Source of the DNA: the human T2T-CHM13v2.0 reference genome, Homo sapiens
Strand: one strand, 5' to 3'
NCBI RefSeq assembly: GCF_009914755.1
Contig: NC_060927.1
DNA: 64,000 nucleotides
Both the position numbers and the translations under genes were made by a program. Below the pieces are notes generated by a model. That model saw nothing but the letters and a program-made list of their open reading frames with translations, had not been told where the DNA came from and searched no databases. Below, in pieces: positions 1 through 13,965 of the stretch (position 1 is its first letter; every line of letters begins with the position of its first letter).

Positions 1-132
1 TTCTGTATTTTTAGTAGAGATGGGGTTTCACCATGTTGCTCAGGCTGGTCTCAAACTCCTGGCCTCAAGTGAGCTGCCTGCCTTAGCCTCCCAAAGTGCT
101 GGGATTACAGGCGTGAGCCACTGCACCCGGCC
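1..132 (-). mobile_element. Alu (left arm, cut by window start)
   Basis: CCTCCCAAAGTGCTGGGATTACAGGCGTGAGCCAC. Confidence 0.95.
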
Positions 133-472
133 CTGAGATGTTCATTTCAATTGTTCTTTAAATGTTTGTAGAGCAGCTTACTATGTGCCAGGAACTGGAA
201 ATACAGAAAGGAATCACACAGAAGACATCCCTTCTCTCATGGAGCTTATGTGAAGATGGTGCTACTCTTCCTTACCCCCTTTCCTGTAAAGTTGTCTTTT
301 TGCTGGTTAAATATTCCCAGCTCCCTCAGCCTTTCCTAGGTGACACAGTCTTATTCCATCAACATCCTGCGCTCCCCTCCTCTGATGCTTGTAGGTTAAT
401 GGAGTATTTGTGAGGAATCTTATGTAGCAAATGCTAGAAACTCAATCAAATTGGATTAAGTTTTAAAAAAAT

Positions 473-834
<362 letters not shown>

Positions 835-888
835 TCAGGAAACTAAAAATTCTAGGGTAAGCCTCCTTCAGGCAAGACTGGTCGGGGC

Positions 889-1370
889 TGTATATTAGTG
901 TGCTGGGGCTGTCATAGCAAAGTGCCATAGCCACAGCCTGGCTGGTTTAAACAACAGAAATATATTGTCTCAAAGTTCTAGAGTCCAGAGATCAAGTGTC
1001 ACCAGGGTTGGTTTCTTTTGAAGCTGTGAGGGATAATCTGTTTTTGCTTCTCTTCCTGGCTTCTGGTAGTTTGCTGACAATTTTTGTTCTGGTAGTTTGC
1101 TGGCAATTTTTGGTGTTCCCTCACATGCAGCATCCTCCAAGTTCTGCCTTCATGTTCACATGGTGCTCTTCCTGGATGCATGTCTCTGTGTCCAAATTTC
1201 CCCTTTTTATGAGGACACCAGTCATAATGGATGAGGGGCCCACCCTAGGCACCTCATCTTAACTAATTACATCTACAAGGAACCGATTTCCAAATAAGGT
1301 CACATTCTGAGGAACAGAAGGTTAGGGCTTCAACATATGAATTTGGAGGCGGACACATTTCAACCCCAAC
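889..1370 (-). mobile_element. MaLR LTR (MLT1C-like)
   Basis: AACAACAGAAATATATTGTCTCA, CCAAATAAGGTCACATTCTGAGG, TTCAACATATGAATTTGG. Confidence 0.8.
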
Positions 1371-2122
1371 AGGCTTCAACAGTGTTTTCAGAAATCTTTC
1401 TCTCCATCTGTTGGCCCTGCTCTCTGTGTTTACTTCATTATTGTTCAGGCGCTTTCCAAATTGTGATAAGCTACCAGGAGCTCCATAATCGGAAAGATGC
1501 ATTTTTTGTCCAGTTGTAAGAAAAAGTCTTAGAATTGTCTGTGGTTGTCCTGACTTGGATCACATACCTGTCACCAACCCGATGCCTGTCTGGGGATTGG
1601 AAGATTCAGATTTGCCATTCCTGGGTCACATGCTTTCCCCGGGAGCTAGAGTTTAGGTCAGCTCTAATGGTATAATGCAGATTGAGAGTAGAGGTAGGGT
1701 GAGGGTCCACAGAAGAAAAATAGGGTACTGGTACCAGCAGAGGCCTCACATAAGTGGACAAGACCTGACCACTACAGTCTTGTAGGTAATGCTGTTCTGC
1801 TAGCTTGGTGCCATCCAGGTTCATAAGCCGGGAGTGGATGTTTAAGCTTGCTAGGCTTCCTTTGTCTTCACTTACTTGAACTTACATCATCTGTAAGGTG
1901 CCTTGCAGATGTGGAATTTTCTGATTCTCTTTGATGACTTACTTAAACTTCCTTTCCCCTCCTTGAGTAGCATTTGATCCAAATAAAGACCAATTATATA
2001 AAAGAACATAATTGCCTTTGGTTAAAATGGAGTGAGTTTTACTGGGGTTTGATTTGCATTCCTCATAGTGACACAGTGTCTGCCACCTGGCACTGTGTGT
2101 TGATTAGAATAACATGAAAGCT

Positions 2123-2463
<341 letters not shown>

Positions 2464-2849
2464 TTAAAATATTAAGTAGCAGAAAACAGATAGGATGCTC
2501 CTGTTCAGTATTCCTCCAAACAAGACTTATTTAATTCTTCTATGACAGATAGTTCCTGAACAGCTCTCTCCAGAAAATTCAGAGTTCCCTCCAACTCCTT
2601 ACCAGAGATAAGCAGTAGCTTGGGAAGTTGTACCTAAGTTTACAGAGCTTAGAACACCCATATCCCCCCACTTTTGCATTTATATCCACATTTCCATTTT
2701 GCACCAAACTTTCTAGAAGCTCACTTACTCATTTGACAAGGCTCTCATGAGAAAAGAGACATTGTGCCTTAAGCACTTATTAATACTCATCATTATTTCT
2801 AAATGAAGGCCAAAATGAAATGATGTCAGGCTTATGAAAATGCTCTATG

Positions 2850-3202
<353 letters not shown>

Positions 3203-3383
3203 CTATGCAGAGGATGCCACTTGAAGCTCTAGAGATGTAGTCAGTACAGCTTGGTCCAGCTGGCACCACACCTTCATTAATCCAGAAAATGAGTAGAATT
3301 GCATGTGGACTTACATGTTAAATGAAGCCCAACTGGTACACTGGGCATAATGATGGTTTGCAAACTTGACTTTTAGATTCCTG

Positions 3384-3451
3384 CTGTATTAGGGATTGGT
3401 CAGGATTCTCCAGAGATACAGAACCAACAGGACATTATATGTATATGTATA

Positions 3452-3497
<46 letters not shown>

Positions 3498-4285
3498 TTA
3501 TATGTATATATACACATACATATATATACACACACACACAGATTTACTATATAAAGGTTTATTTATTTATTTACTTTTGAGATGGAGTCTTGCTGTGTCA
3601 CCTAGGCTGAACTGTTGTGGCATGATCTTGGCTCATTGAAACCTCCATCTCCCAGGTTCAAGTGATTCTCCTGCCTCAGCCTCCTGAGTAGCTGGGATTA
3701 CAAGTGCATGCCACCATGCCCAGCTAATTTTTGTATTTTTGGTAGAGACACAGTTTCGCCATGTTGCCCGGGCTCGTCTCAAACTCCTGACCTCAGGTGA
3801 TTCACCCGCCTCGGCCTCCCAAAGTGCTGGGATTACAGGCATGAGCCACCACACCCAGCTATAAAGGTTTATTATTAAAAAATGGCACATGTGATTATGG
3901 AAATGGGAAGTCCGAAGATCTGCAGGGTGTGTCAGCAAGCTGGAGAATTAGGAAAGCCAATGTTGTAAGTTCTAGTCTGCAGGCTGGCAGGCTTGAGACC
4001 TAGGAAACACTGACATTTTCACTGAAGTCCAAAGGCAGGAAAAAACCCAGTGTCTCAGATAAAAGGCAGCGAGGCAGAAGGAATTCTCTCTTACTCTAGG
4101 GAGGGCTAACCTTCTGTTCTATTCAGGCCTTCAACTGATTGCATGAGGCCCACACACATTAGGGCGGACTATCTGTTTCACTCAGTGCACTGGTTTAAAT
4201 GTTAACCTCATCTGAGAATACTGTTTGACCAAATATCTGGGCATCCATGGCCCTGCCAAGTTGACACATAAAATTAATTATCACC
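3384..4285 (-). mobile_element. ERVL LTR (MLT2-like) with a TA/CA microsatellite and a nested AluS (about 3557-3860, -)
   Basis: TTCTCCAGAGATACAGAACCAACAGG ... CAAGTTGACACATAAAATTAA; Alu TSD TATAAAGGTTTATT. Confidence 0.85.
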
Positions 4286-7200
4286 CATACAGACATGGCA
4301 TAATATCTATCAACAGGAACCACTCAGCAAAACAGTAATGGTTGTTAAATTAAAAAAAAAATTTCCTTTAATAATTAGAAAACCATCAATGCACTTGATC
4401 CTTTTGCTTGAACATGATGTTTGGAAAAATGGAATCTTTGAAAAAACACACCTGGCTAATGCTTTTAATCTTGAAATTGGTACCCTACCCAGTTGTTAGG
4501 GTAGTGTTTCATTGTATGTTTGGTATGGAGTACAAGAATAAGCTACATCTCTAATTAATTGTTTTGAAAAGCCATCTATGCATATCTATAGCACAGAGTT
4601 CTTTAAGAAAAAAATATTCTGGTGTCTTCCATCGAAACTAAGAAAGTGTTGAGATGTTATATAAGCATAAAGAACTAGGAATGATGAACGCTCTTGTAGC
4701 CAGAAGGGGGAAAACACAGAGGAAGTGTGTGGATGGTGGCATCCTTTAGAAGTGACAGTCCTTGCTTCCTATAATGCTCAGCTCTAATATAAATGCAGTG
4801 TATGCCTCGCAGCCTAGTAAATCAAAAATACATTTGAACCTTATTGATTAACTAAAAAAAATCAAATCAGTCTTCTAAAACCTATTTGCAGTTACAGGAT
4901 ATTACCTAAAAATTGAGACTATTGAGGGGAAAAAACGGTAGCCAGAAAACAGGGTGTTAGAGTTTAGCAAGTCTCAGACTTTTGTGTTTACTTGACTCAT
5001 GGTTTGAAAGTCTAACATCAGATCATACCTAACCAATAACATAAAAGGTATTATTTGTGGATGGGACGCAAAAGACACCTCATATTGTTATTTCTCCTAA
5101 GGGTCCTCTCCTGATTTGTAGAATCCGATGAGTGTTTTATTTTTGGTTGCCTTAATTGGGGAAGGGGTGAAAGGTGGTGAGATGAAAAGGGAAGGCCCTG
5201 GGAAATCGACCTTCTTCCCAGAGACAGCATGAAAGGGTAGAGGGATCTAGTCTCTATTTCTAACAGATAATTAAGCCTGTTATCCTGATGATAAATAACC
5301 TTCGTAGGTCTTTTTCTGGCCCTATAGAGTAAAGTCTCCCTCTAGCTACAAAGGCAATTAAGGTAAACAAAATCACACTTAGGCAAAAGTGAGATTATGG
5401 CTGGAGTCTTCCAGAAAATAACTATCATCCTCTGTCTCCCTTTGGCATTGGAAGCCTCATATGTTTAATCAAAAGAAAGGCCATCTGGGTTGAGGGAATG
5501 GGCAGTTAACTGGGTTCACTGAGAACTGCAAATACGCTGGGCACCACAGTGAAGTCAGCTGACATGTTCTCTGCCCTGCAGAATGTTGGCAATGCTGACA
5601 TAGTTGGACTGAACACAATAGATTATCATGTAAGTTTAAGCAATCTGAGTGACAATGACAAGTAACAAGAAGGCTCTGAATATAGAAATTATTCCAGAGA
5701 GATGACTGGAAAGAATGGAGTTTTGCACATAAAGAGAATCACAGCAGACTCCTAGCAATTGTGAAGATACGGAAAGTTTTCATCAGCAACAACCCACAAC
5801 ACTTCCTAGTTTCTCCCACTCACCCTTTGAGCTACTGACCTCTTCCTTACCAACTCCTTGTTCCCCCTCCACCTCACATTAAATCCCCACTGTTGCCTTT
5901 TGCCCTATGTAGAGCCTATGCTGTGGGTCCCTTTATTTCTCACAACACACCCATCGTCTGTCCTGTGACTGCCCAGGGGATGGGAAGGAGTGAGATAAAT
6001 AAGGGACCTGAACACTGTATGAAACCACCTTAGGTTGTGGACTCATCCTTTGAAGAGTAATGCAAAGTAAAGCTGACTTTTTAGATATGAAGTAGGAGTC
6101 AACACTTTACCGTAAATTTACTGAGCATCTACTATGCGCTGGAATTTTAGAAATACATGTGGCTCATTCCCTTGAACTGTAATCTGGTATAGGCCACCCA
6201 GAAAGGTGTTGACTTTTTCATGCTGCTGGGCAGCTGCTCTTTTATTCTACATACAGAAAAGAATGTGGAAAGATGAATGGCGTAAATAGAATTGATATTG
6301 TGTGTGTGTTTGTTTGGGGCTGTAAGAGATGGGTGACTTCAAAGATGGCGACCCCTTGTTTGGAATTTTCTAACTGAGACAGCTCGTGGGAATTGGAAAA
6401 CTTACTCTCCCCATCATTCGTTGAATTTCAGGAAGCAGGGCAGCACTACTCCATATAGTCAAGTCAGATTCATGTGTAAGGAAGACAGAGGCCTGCTACT
6501 AGCTGTTGTCCAGCTTCAATGGTCCTAGCTGGAGGCCAGGTTCAGATGGCCCAACAGTTCTAGGTGGGTGACTGAGCCCCAGGGAAGTGTGCACTGTGTT
6601 TCTTTCCTGTTTTCCTTCAGCACCTGTTCTGAAGCCTTCCTGGCTCATGGAAGGGATAGTCTGAAGTGTGGGGAAGTCAGTGCCCTGAGGCCATCTTCAA
6701 CCAATGGGGAAGAGGAGCTGGCAGATGAAGGTTCCATCCCCGCCTCCTGGGGCAGCGTTTCTGGGCAGCGTTTGGTGCACTTTTCGTGAGGTACTGACAG
6801 ACGTTGTCCCTTGTTGTCCAAGCTCAGTAGCAGTTTCAGTAATGTACATTTATATTGGCTTCCACTGCCCACCGCCCCACTTCCCTCACTCTTACTTTCT
6901 GGGTTCTCCTGATAGACTAAGAGCATACAAGTCCTTATCTTAGGGAGTCCCAAACTGAGACATCGAGGGAGTAGCATTCCCTGATAACATTCTGTAAGGT
7001 GTTGAGATTCTAGATGTCTCTCAGTTACTTTGATTTGTTAACGTTATGAATCATCTTATCCTGCTAATTAAAGAGATGGAAATTGTTTTAAAAATTAAAA
7101 ATTTTTAAACGCCAGCAAGTAACATAGAAAGAAAACCTTCAAGAAAGTATAATGCAGAAGGAAAAATTAAGTTGAAGAATGATACCGTCAGGTATGTATA

Positions 7201-9117
7201 TAATTGTTTAAAGACACACAAAGCAATATCTTACGTTATCAATGGCTGCTCATATTTGTGGTCAAAGGATGTTTTCCAAATTCCTGGTGGTGGTGGCTTT
7301 GGGGAGGCAGACAGGAACATGAGGCTTGCAAGCAGCATAGAGAGGATTTCAGCTTTATCTGTACGTTTTGTCATATATTTGAAAGCAAAGATTGAAAGGA
7401 CAGCTGAAAAAATTGTTAACATTAGCTTGTTTTAGTTGGGAGATACAAGAACATTTGTCATATTTTTCTCTCTTACGCGTTTTAAAGTTTTCCCAAATTA
7501 GATAAAAAGTTAAAGCAGCTTTAAATGTTTTTAAATGAAATTTGGCAAGTTCAAAGCTTTGAAAAAAATTAAGATGACCTATAAATGTAGCATCAAGCTC
7601 CAAGCAAAATTGCCGATTTGATATTGATATGTTTCTCCAGATGTTTTTTCTAATTTAATGTGTGTTGATTTGAAATGCAACTATGCGTTAGTCTTGCTGT
7701 ATCTTCAGACACTCAGAAGTCTCCTTGTTGACTATGGCAACATTATGAAACGTTTCCCCCTCAAATTCATAAGGCAATGTAAGTCCAGCTAACAGAGAAA
7801 TTTAAAGAGTATATCTAATTTATTTTCCGAAAATGTAAGATTAGCACTGTGAGAGTAAATATGGGATATGACTTAGTTCACAGTCACATAGATAAGGTTC
7901 TCAAAGTAAAGAATTTCTGTTCTTTCCAATGCAGAATTTTTACTGGGAATAAATCAAGTTCAACTATACTTCTATATTTCCTCTATCGTCCCTCTATAGA
8001 ACTATAACATATACGCTTTAGTTTATCTTCCATAAGAACTTCTTGTTACTGGGCTTTTTTTTTTCTTGTTATGATTACAAATAGCCTTCATTACATTTGC
8101 AAACTAAATCCAGAGTTTGGAGTCTTGTGCATGGCTGCAACTTGGTATTATTTAGTATTATTGTTATTAATATACATGCTGGGAGACAAGAGAACATTTT
8201 GATAAATATTCATAAAATGTGCCAGATTGATGCATAGTTACAGTATCTATTTGCACAAAGCAATGCCATGAACATATGACTCACAAGTTCTGAAGTCTGA
8301 TACTGTTAGATAGATTGATGCTGGTAATTTATCATGTGCCGCCAGGAATAGGGAGATGCATTGCAAAACCCTTTACTGGCTTCTGGCATCCAGGCAACAA
8401 ACTCCTCTTGCCTTTCTCTCTTTGCCCTCAGATTCATCAGCATCTCTGTGAAGTAGGATTCAAGGATGAAGTCAACCTAAAACTTTTTCTCTAGGTTTCC
8501 AGGAACAGACTGGGAGGCGTAGTTATGAGCAGACCTAAACAGAAAACACTACGGGGATACAACCACAATTTATTTTCCTCTGAGGCTTTTTTAAAAAAAA
8601 GAACCCACACTTTTGCATGCTGCAAATCTTTCTTTCTCTGTCTCCCTTTGACCCCAACCCCTACCACATGGGAACCAGAAATAATAAGTTTCTAATGGCC
8701 TAGGAGAAGCCAATGCAGGGGCAGGGAACATGCCGCAGAGCAACGGAAGTGATTTCAAAACTCTTGACTCCTTCAGACCCACCAGCATCAGAAACTATAA
8801 ATAGGAATGGCTGGCAAGAGGGAAAGGTGGGACAGATCTTTCCACTTCTTCAGAATGCTCTTGAGCAGGAGGCAGAGAACAGAAACATGTTCAATGTTTT
8901 GCACAAAACTTGCTTCGTTCCTTCACAGCAGAGCTGCTTGGCATTATGGGAGAGCAAGTTATCTGGGCAGAAGTCAGAGCTGAAAAATTTTGCTGCAGTG
9001 CCTGTTGTTGACCTGATGAGATTTTTTTAAAAAATCCTTCACTGGGGGCGGGGTGGGGGACAGAGAGGGGAAGTAGACAAACTTTTTATTTTTTGGAGTA
9101 TTTATCTATTGCTTGTC

Positions 9118-9500
9118 TGTTATGGAATGAAACGTGTCCCCCTCAGATTCATGTGTTGAAGCCCTAACCCCCAGTGTGACTGTATTTGGAGACAGGGCCA
9201 TAAGGATGTAATTAAGGTTTAATGAGCTTGCAAGAGTGGGGACCTAATCCAATAGGACTGGTGTCCTTATAAGAAGAGAAAGAGACACCAGGAGTGTACA
9301 TACACAGGAAAAAGGCCATGGGAGGACACAAGGAGAGGGCAGCTGTCTGCAAGCCAGGAAGAGAGCCTTCACCAGAAACCAACCCTGCTGGTACCTTGAT
9401 CTTGGACTTGCAGCCTTCAGTACTGTGAAAAAATAAATTTCTGTTCTTTAAGCTGCTTGGTCTGTGGTATTCTGTTTGGCAGTTCTAGGCAACTAATACA
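9118..9500 (+). mobile_element. MaLR LTR (MLT1B-like)
   Basis: TGTTATGG...GTGACTGTATTTGGAGACAGGG...CTAATACA. Confidence 0.85.
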
Positions 9501-9574
9501 ATGTCTTTTAACACTGAAAGGCAGATTGAAGTTCACTTGTGTATGTGACAAGGCATTGGATACATATTAAGGCC

Positions 9575-10070
9575 TAGCAGGTAGTGGAGTGGTTAAAAGA
9601 ATTGGCTGCTGGACTAAGGTAGGCCTGGTTCAAATCCCAGTTGATCACTTACTAGTAGTGTGACCTCCAGCAAATTACTTTGTGTCTTTATGTTTCCTCA
9701 TCTGTAGGAGAGTAACAATAACAGCTTATATCTGCAAGATTGTTGTGAGGTTAAATACTTTAATGTATACAGAGCATGTCGTAGTTACTGGCAAACGGCA
9801 CCCTAAAAAATGCTAGCTACGACACTGAGCACCTCATTTGTTTATAGTAGTTTCAGTTTACAAAGTACTTCCATAGCTATTATTTCATTTGATTTTTACA
9901 GCAATCTTATGAGATTAGTTGGGAAGGAAATCTTACACCCACTCAAGGGAGGAAGAAACCAAAATTCAGAGAGGAAAGGAACTTGTCCAAGCTCAAATTT
10001 CTAAGAAAAGTAGAGCCAGGCTTCAAATCCAGATCCCCTGACTCCAACTTCAGTGCTTTCCTCACTAAAT
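9575..10070. mobile_element. Two MIR fragments in opposite orientation
   Basis: GGTTCAAATCCCAG, TTTCCTCATCTGTA, TTGTGAGGTTAAAT; then GAAACCAAAATTCAGAGAGG...ACTTGTCCAAG. Confidence 0.65.
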
Positions 10071-12920
10071 TTGCAGTCCCTCTGAATTCCTCCTTCCCTG
10101 ATCCCCTCCCCTTGTCTTTTTTTTTTTTTTTTTTTTTTTTCACCAAACATGTATTGAGTTTCTATCACATTCCAGGCATTTCCTCTTCTTTCCCTGGACC
10201 TGCGTGTCTTTTCTCTTGTTCGTTTGGACCTGGATGTTGTGTGTGTGTGCATGAGCAAGCCTGCCTGGGAGCGTGCCCGTGTGCCCACATTTGGGCATTG
10301 AGGGCTCTCATTCTCCCTAAGGGTGGCCTTGCCTTGTTTTAGCTCAAAGACAGCACTTGGCTTTCAAGGATATATTATAAATAGAGCCTTGACAGCACTC
10401 TCTTTTCTTATCTGAAAACTGACACGAAGCACAGGCAACTAGGACAAAAAGAAAGAGAACAGGGTCCGTGGTGGAGCAGATAATCAATATCTTTAAATGA
10501 TTCGAGAGCAGAAATTCCCAAATGGGAGGTGAGAAGAGACCTGAAAATGACAGCCTGAGGAAGTTTGTTGGGCTCTCCTAGGGAGTGAGTGGTAGGGCGC
10601 GGTGTTTGAAAAAGCAGATTTCATATTTCAATTTGTTACTTAGAAAAATGTCCCCCAAAAGCTGTTATTCTCATAGTACAAACTATAGAAATTAAAGCTG
10701 TCCAGAACCTTTTTGACCTTTGGGATTATGTAAGAGTTATGGCAATTCCCAATGAAACGGGAGGCGGCCTCTGAATTGTGAGAGCTGAGATCATCACCGT
10801 GTATTTTTAGCCATTAGGGATTTGAATCTAAAAAGCTGGAAAACACTGTTTCATAGAGTCTTCAGAAAAGAAGCAAGGCCTAAAAGTTGCAAGGAGTCAA
10901 TGCTTGAAAGGTTCCCATAGAGTTTGAAAAGGCCATAAAACCTAACTCCCCTATTTTACAGATGAGGCAACAAGAGAAGTCGCTGGCACAAGATCTAATG
11001 CTTATAACAGGATTGGCTGAGCCCAGCATCGGCCTCAACCTGCAGTGGGCGGCGGGGGGGGGGTGGGGTATCAGTAGAAAAGACCAGGGAATCTCTGACA
11101 AGTCGTCCTCTGCTCCTAATAAAGAGAATTAAAATGTGCCTTTAGGAGGCTGGGACCAACCCCAGGTCACTAGCTCAATGAGCCTGAAGGATGCAACTGG
11201 GGAGGCATTTGGAACACAAAAGCAGATACTCCTGCTGTTCTAGATGGCTTCCTAAGAGCCAGGGTTCTTCAGGTCGGTCTTTCCAAGGACCTAAAGTAGT
11301 AGGTTGGACAGCAGGGGATGCGGAGGATCAATGAAGCAGCTGTTGGCTTTCGGTGCATATAAATAATGCACCTCTAAGGCCTAGGGTGTGTTTTGGTTAT
11401 TCTATACAACAAATACCCAAAAAGTGTTGGTGACCCTTGGCCTTGCATTTCCCCAGACTCTGACCCACACCCTGACCTTGACCTGACCCTCAGCCTGAAG
11501 CTGACCCTGAACCTAATCCTTTCGCTGACGCTGACCCTGATTTTGAGCCTCCTGTTGAACCATAGCCTCAGCCTGGCCTGCCATTCACTCTGACACAGGA
11601 CATGACCTTGTCCTTCATCCTGTTTCTCACACTACCATGACTCTCAGCTATGCTCACCCAGACTCTGACCCTGACATGGACTCAGATTCTCACCCTCACA
11701 ATGAACTTGTCTATAGGCAGACTCTAACTCTGAGGCTAACCCTATGCTCACCCTGAATCTGATCCTAATCTTGAACCTGACTCTCACCGTGTCCCCGAAC
11801 ATATGGCCCTCACGCTGACTCTGACCCTCACACTTACCCTCTCAATTTAACCCTACCCCTTACCCTGATGCTGACATTGACCTTTATCGTGATGTTGACC
11901 CTGGACATATACCTCACACTCCTTCTGAATCTGACCTTAATCCTCACCATGACATTCACAATTACTCAGATCCTGAATCTGACCTTCATCACGATCTTGA
12001 CCCTGACCTTGATCTAGATACTCACATGACTCTCTTCCTGACTGAACTCTGACCCTTAACCTGAACCTCACACTGATTCTCACCATGACCTGAGCTTGAC
12101 ACTGAACGTGATGCTAAATAAGCACCTGACCCTGAACTTGGCTCTTACCCTGATTCTACCTTCATCCTCACCCTCACCCTGAGCTTTGTCTGACCCTTAC
12201 CTTAATTTTTTCCCAAACCTTAATTTGAACCTGACACTTATCTAATGTTGACTCTGACCCTTACCCCTAACCTACTAGACACTCAGTCTGACACTAATTT
12301 TCATTCTCACACTGGTGTTGACCCATACTCTTACCCTTACCCTTTCACACTCACCTTGAACCTGACCATAAATCTGGCCCTGTCTCTGAACCCCACCCTA
12401 AACTTTAACCTTCAGAAGACCCTGCTCCACACCCTCCCCGTGACTGAGACCCTGAATCTGCCACTGTCTCTCAATTTCTCATCCTCACTCTTACCACAGC
12501 TCTAATACTTATTCTGACCCTTACCCTCACTCTGAATTTGTCCCTAACCCAAAACCTGTCTCTGACACTGACTTTCACCCTGAACCTCACCATAACTCTG
12601 ACCCTTGGACTTTCCCACCCTCATCATGACCCTGATGAAGCTATGACCCTGACTGTAGCCCTTACCCTCACCCTGATATGAACAGTGACTCAATCCCGAC
12701 CCTGACCCAGACCATCACCCTATCATACTGGTCTTAAATTCATCCTCACCCTGAACCTGACCCAAATTCTGACCCTTATCCTTGTCCTGATCATCACTAT
12801 GACCTTGAAAAGACCCTGACACTCACAGTGACCATCAAATGATTCTACTTCACCACTACCCTAACACTTTAGCTGGGCCAGACACTCATCCTCATCAGGA
12901 CCGTTATGTTCATCTGACTC

Positions 12921-13042
12921 TGCTCACCTTGAGTTTACTATGTATTACATGCTCACCTTGAGTTTACTATGTATTACATGCTCACCTTGAGTTTACTATG
13001 TATTACATGCTCACCTTGAGTTTACTATGTATTACATGCTCA
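12921..13042 (+). repeat. 29-bp minisatellite, 4 perfect copies plus 6 nt
   Basis: TGCTCACCTTGAGTTTACTATGTATTACA x4. Confidence 0.95.
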
Positions 13043-13367
13043 ACCAAATCCTCACTCTAAACCTGACCCTGACCTTTATTCTGATGTTCACCCTAAAATT
13101 GGCCCTCATCTGGCCCTCCCTCTTGCTCTCATCTTGTGTCCATGATCCTGCCCCTAAAAGTATCTCTGACTCTGATATCATGCTGACATTGACTCTAACC
13201 ATCCCACCCCTCTAAAGTTACCCTAAACTTAAATTTCAACCTGTCCCTGGTCGTGACCCTGACCAACAACTCAACTTTGACCCTGATCCTGACCGTCAAC
13301 CTGACACTGACTCTCACCAAGACTCTGACATTCACACTGATCATCAAACTGACTATACTGAGTCTGG

Positions 13368-13965
13368 CTTTAAAAAGTTGTGGTAAAATAAATGTAATAT
13401 AAAATTTACCATCTTAAACATTTTAAAGTATACAGTTCAGTGGCACTAAGTACATTCACGTTGTTGTGCAACCAATCTCCAGAACTCTTTTCATCTCACA
13501 AAACTGAAACTCTGTACCCGTTAAATAACAACTCCCTCTTTTTTCCTTTCCCAGACCCTGGCAACCACCATCATAGTTTCTGTCTCTATAATTTTGAGTA
13601 ATCTAAGTATATAGGTGGAATCATACAGTATTTGTCCTTTGGTGACTGGATCATTTCACTTAGTATAATAACCTTGAGATTCATCCATGTAGTAGCATGT
13701 GTCAGAATTCCCTTCCTTTTTAAGGCTGAATAATATTCGGTATATACCACATTTTATTTATCCATTCATCTGTCCATGGACACTTGGGTTGCTTCTACCT
13801 TTTGCCTGTTGTGAATAATGCTTCTATAAACATGAGCGTTCAAGTATCTCTTTGAGACCCTACTTTCAATTCTTCTGTATATATACCTAGAAGTAGAATT
13901 GCTGGATCATCTAGTAATTTTTAATTTTTTGAGGAACCAACCATATTGTTTTCCATAGTGGCTGT
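13368..13965 (-). mobile_element. Old L1 3' end (L1MB-like) inserted in array A
   Basis: AAAATTTACCATCTTAA...TACAGTTCAGTGGCACTAAGTACATTCAC...GGAATCATACAGTATTTGTCC...AGAATTGCTGGATCAT. Confidence 0.85.

Noticed and set aside
6340-6352. YY1-like CAAAGATGGCGAC as a promoter
   Set aside because: Isolated motif with no CpG island or exon support
12921-13042. CRISPR-like 29-bp repeats
   Set aside because: Copies are directly adjacent with no spacers; eukaryotic DNA
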